From: Planctomycetota bacterium
Lineage (GTDB): Bacteria > Planctomycetota > SZUA-567 > H5-PLA8
Length of the DNA: 17,734 nt
Assembly (NCBI GenBank): GCA_045863855.1
Contig: BTVV01000126.1
Coordinates: 1 to 17,734 of the forward strand
Reading direction: 5' to 3'
Positions 15,240 to 17,734 of this stretch are shown piece after piece; positions within the stretch are counted from its first letter, which is position 1, and each line of letters begins with the position of its first letter. Position numbers and translations under genes: made by a program. The notes beneath the pieces were generated by a model. The model had not been told where the DNA came from. It made no database searches and saw nothing but the letters and a program-made list of their open reading frames with translations.

Positions 15240-16381
15240 AAATCGCTTCGCGCCTGCTGAAAGAGAATCCCGCGGTGCTGCTTGTCGCCGAACCGCTCCG
15301 CGCCGGCGGGCTTACGGGCTTTGCGCGAACCTTATTCCGCGGCATCTCTCAGGCCGGATTGCGCCCGTACTTGGCCGCGGCAGGTCCGGCGCCGGTGGGA
15401 TTCTTCGCATCCGAAGAAGAGGCGCGGATCGAATGTTTCCCCGGCATGCTCGGAGGCCTGACGCGCCCCTTCGTCTTCGGGCGGCTGGCAGACTGGGCGG
15501 CCGAGGTCCAGCCCGCGCTGATTCACGGGCTGTCGGCGTTCACCCAGCCTGTCTGCGCGCGCCTGGCCGAACGCCTGAATGTTCCTTACGTACTGAGCAT
15601 CCCGCACTTCCAGGCCCGCGGCGATATCCGCGTCGACGACCGCCTCAATAAAGTCATGGTATGCAACGAATCGTTGCGCGAGAACCTCGTTAACGACGCG
15701 CGTGTGCCCAAAGAACTAGTCCGCGTGGTACCGTTGGGGATCGAGATTCCGGACGAAGTTCCCCCTCAAGCCAAAGGCGACGGCCAATGGGCGATGCTGG
15801 GGACCTTCGCGCCGCTTACGCCAGGGCAAGACCTCGCCACCTTTATTCGTGCCGCACAAAAGGTGCATGAAGTCCGCTGCGGGGCGTGCCAGTTCCTGAT
15901 TGTGGGCGAAGGGCCGGAAGAGTCGAGTCTGCGCAAGCTGGCCCGCGAACTGAAGCTCGAACGGCACCTCACCTTCGCGCACGCGGGCGTGCCGTACGAA
16001 CCGATCTTGCGCGATCTGGATGTGTACGTGCAAACGCCGCGGCAGGAAGCCTTTGGCCTGGGTGCACTGGCGGCGATGGCCTGGGCGCGGCCGGTAGTCG
16101 CGACCAGCGTCGGCGGTTTGATCGGTCTCGTGCAGGACGGCCAAAGCGGCTATCTTGTGCCGCCCGGGCAGCCCGACGCTGTGGCCGCCAAGATCCTCGA
16201 CCTGCTTGGCGACGCCAAACTCCGCGCGCGCATGGGACAGAGCGGTCGAGATCAAGCGCAGGCCAAGTACGACCTCGAACCGATGATCGACCGCACGCTA
16301 CAGCAGTATGCCGAGGCACAGGGTTTTGTTACGGCCTCGCCCAGCGGTTCGGGCATTACCCGCCTTTTTGGTAAGAGCTGA
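15236..16381 (+). CDS. Glycosyltransferase family 4 (GT-B) protein with a degenerate donor-binding site
   Basis: AGG loop, LIHG, VVPLGI, FLIVGEGPE, DVYV, EAFGL..AMAWARPVVATSVGG, GYLVPPG, RARMG. ATGA overlap with the permease stop codon. Confidence 0.88.
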   Translation: MKIASRLLKENPAVLLVAEPLRAGGLTGFARTLFRGISQAGLRPYLAAAGPAPVGFFASEEEARIECFPGMLGGLTRPFVFGRLADWAAEVQPALIHGLSAFTQPVCARLAERLNVPYVLSIPHFQARGDIRVDDRLNKVMVCNESLRENLVNDARVPKELVRVVPLGIEIPDEVPPQAKGDGQWAMLGTFAPLTPGQDLATFIRAAQKVHEVRCGACQFLIVGEGPEESSLRKLARELKLERHLTFAHAGVPYEPILRDLDVYVQTPRQEAFGLGALAAMAWARPVVATSVGGLIGLVQDGQSGYLVPPGQPDAVAAKILDLLGDAKLRARMGQSGRDQAQAKYDLEPMIDRTLQQYAEAQGFVTASPSGSGITRLFGKS

Positions 16382-16418
16382 CCCGGTCTGCCTTTCCGAT
16401 GAAAAAAGATACGCTCCG

Positions 16419-16484
16419 AAATTCTCCAGAATTTGCTTGGGTCTGGCGTTGAGTTGGTGTATTGAGTGTACTAGTGCACTTGAT
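16419..16484. promoter_or_regulatory. Two inverted repeats upstream of the GH123-like gene (operator-like palindrome and RBS-proximal hairpin)
   Basis: AAATTCT-CC-AGAATTT (16419-16434) and ATTGAGTGTA-CTAG-TGCACTTGAT (16461-16484, three G.U pairs), the latter ending 1 nt before GGAGGAGG. Confidence 0.35.
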
Positions 16485-16499
16485 CGGAGGAGGTTGAAC

Positions 16500-17734
16500 A
16501 TGTTTAAACTTCTCGCAACGGCCACCTTGGCGCTTTGTGGATTGTTCTGGTTTGAGACACAAGTCCATGCGGCGGAAGGGGCTACGGGTGTTTTTGCGGC
16601 CAGTACTACATATAGCTTAAACCCCGATGGCACGGTGCTGGAAGTAGCCGGTAACGACTTCGGCGATCTGCGCAAGCAAAACGGGCATTGGGACGGCGCG
16701 AGCAAGACCGTCAAGCTCTACGGGGCTCGCAACGAAGATGCGGCGGTTCAGATCCTGATTCCGCGCGCCGGCCCGGGCTACACGGCCAGTTTAAGCGAAC
16801 TCAAAGGCCCCGGTACGATTGCGGCCGACCGCGCGAGCTTCTTTGCGCGCGGCTGGGCCAAGACGACGACCGGCTTCGTCCACGACCTGATCATTCCGCT
16901 CGATGGTTCGGTAAAGGGCATCAAAACCTTCGACGTGCCGCAGGCTTGGGACGGTTTTCCGAAACCGGCTAACACAGTGGGCAGCTTGCTGGTGGAAGTC
17001 TGGATCCCGAGCGACGCGAAACCCGGCCTGTACACGGGCACACTGGAGATCAAGGCCGGTGCGGAAGCGGTCGAGAAGCTGAACGTTGCGCTGACCGTCT
17101 TCGATCTGGCGCTGCCCGACCAGCCGACCTTCGCGCTGGATCTGCTTGCCTACGGGATGCCCAGCGAAGCGTTGAAGGTGGGGGGATACCTGAATGGGCA
17201 AGGCGTCGGCAAGCCAGCGCAGCCGATGTCCGAGAAGGGCAAACAGGTCGACCACCAAGCCTACAAGCTCGCCGCTGACAACCGCGCGTTTATTAATGTG
17301 CTGCCGTACAGCAGCCAACGCGGCAATCCGCGTTACGCGTACCCGGTCAAAGGCCAGGGCGCCGCGGCCGAGATCATGAGCTTTCAGGAATACGACGATC
17401 TGTTCGGTCCGATTCTGGACGGGAAATGCAGCAAGTTCGGCGCGCCGCCCGCGCACTTCACGCTTGCCTTCAACGTGAACTATCCGCACGTCTGCGACGG
17501 CGAAGTGAAGAACCAGTTCAACTGGATCCCCTTTAAGGACACGATTCCGGAAGGGCCGAATCAGAATCCCAAACTCAAGGAGTTCGAGGAGACGAACAAG
17601 GCCATCGCCGAAGCCACGGCCAAGCATTTCGCCGAGAAGGGCTGGACCAGAACGCGCTTCGAGATTTACCACAATCAGAAGGCCAACCCCGAACGCAATC
17701 GGCTTCCGTGGAAGCTCGACGAACCCACGGACGG
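16500..17734 (+). CDS. Secreted GH123-like (DUF4091/DUF6067-type) glycoside hydrolase, 3' partial
   Basis: Hand translation is open to the window end: signal peptide MFKLLATATLALCGLFWFETQVHA/A, then LYGARNEDAAVQI, VEVWIPSDAKPGLYTGTLEI, LTVFDLALPDQP, HFAEKGW and WKLDEP (17718-17726). Strong RBS GGAGGAGG at 16486-16493. Confidence 0.75.
   Translation, partial: MFKLLATATLALCGLFWFETQVHAAEGATGVFAASTTYSLNPDGTVLEVAGNDFGDLRKQNGHWDGASKTVKLYGARNEDAAVQILIPRAGPGYTASLSELKGPGTIAADRASFFARGWAKTTTGFVHDLIIPLDGSVKGIKTFDVPQAWDGFPKPANTVGSLLVEVWIPSDAKPGLYTGTLEIKAGAEAVEKLNVALTVFDLALPDQPTFALDLLAYGMPSEALKVGGYLNGQGVGKPAQPMSEKGKQVDHQAYKLAADNRAFINVLPYSSQRGNPRYAYPVKGQGAAAEIMSFQEYDDLFGPILDGKCSKFGAPPAHFTLAFNVNYPHVCDGEVKNQFNWIPFKDTIPEGPNQNPKLKEFEETNKAIAEATAKHFAEKGWTRTRFEIYHNQKANPERNRLPWKLDEPTD

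Noticed and set aside
16439..16458. GGGTCTGGCG shared with 3499-3508; possible sigma-54 site
   Set aside because: The -12 region reads TGGT, and a 10-bp GC-rich match can arise by chance.
16791..17672. 293-aa minus-strand ORF in the track
   Set aside because: Antisense to the plus-strand GH123-like frame, which has an RBS, signal peptide and family motifs.
1..17734. CRISPR array, tRNA/rRNA, IS/integrase, prophage or recognisable defence genes
   Set aside because: No regularly spaced 25-45 bp repeats, cloverleaf, terminal repeats or matching protein motifs were seen by eye. Covariance-model searches were not run.

Overview
GC-rich (roughly 60-65% by eye) bacterial chromosomal segment, mostly core genes. 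The rhomboid N-terminus (MGIYDRDY) and general gene styles suggest a Planctomycetota/PVC-type organism (inference only). Order: 3' end of a CARDB-like protein, rhomboid protease, lipid A acyltransferase-like protein, mtnA, PhyH-like dioxygenase, pgsA-like gene, a cytoplasmic GAF-GAF histidine kinase with a sigma-54 NtrC-family regulator, aroC, a small minus-strand CxxC...CxxC protein, rnhA, an APH/P-loop kinase fusion, a minus-strand TadA-like protein, an FbpB-type ABC permease, a GT4 glycosyltransferase, and a secreted GH123-like protein that runs off the window and is absent from the ORF track. No mobile element, CRISPR array, tRNA or rRNA was seen. The most unusual part is 12.7-17.7 kb: a TadA homologue whose catalytic Glu is Thr (ADAT3-like pseudo-deaminase), an ABC permease with a LysM-like domain in its first loop, and a translationally coupled GT4 lacking its usual donor-binding residues. 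A candidate enhancer array plus a variant sigma-54 promoter lies upstream of the two-component pair.
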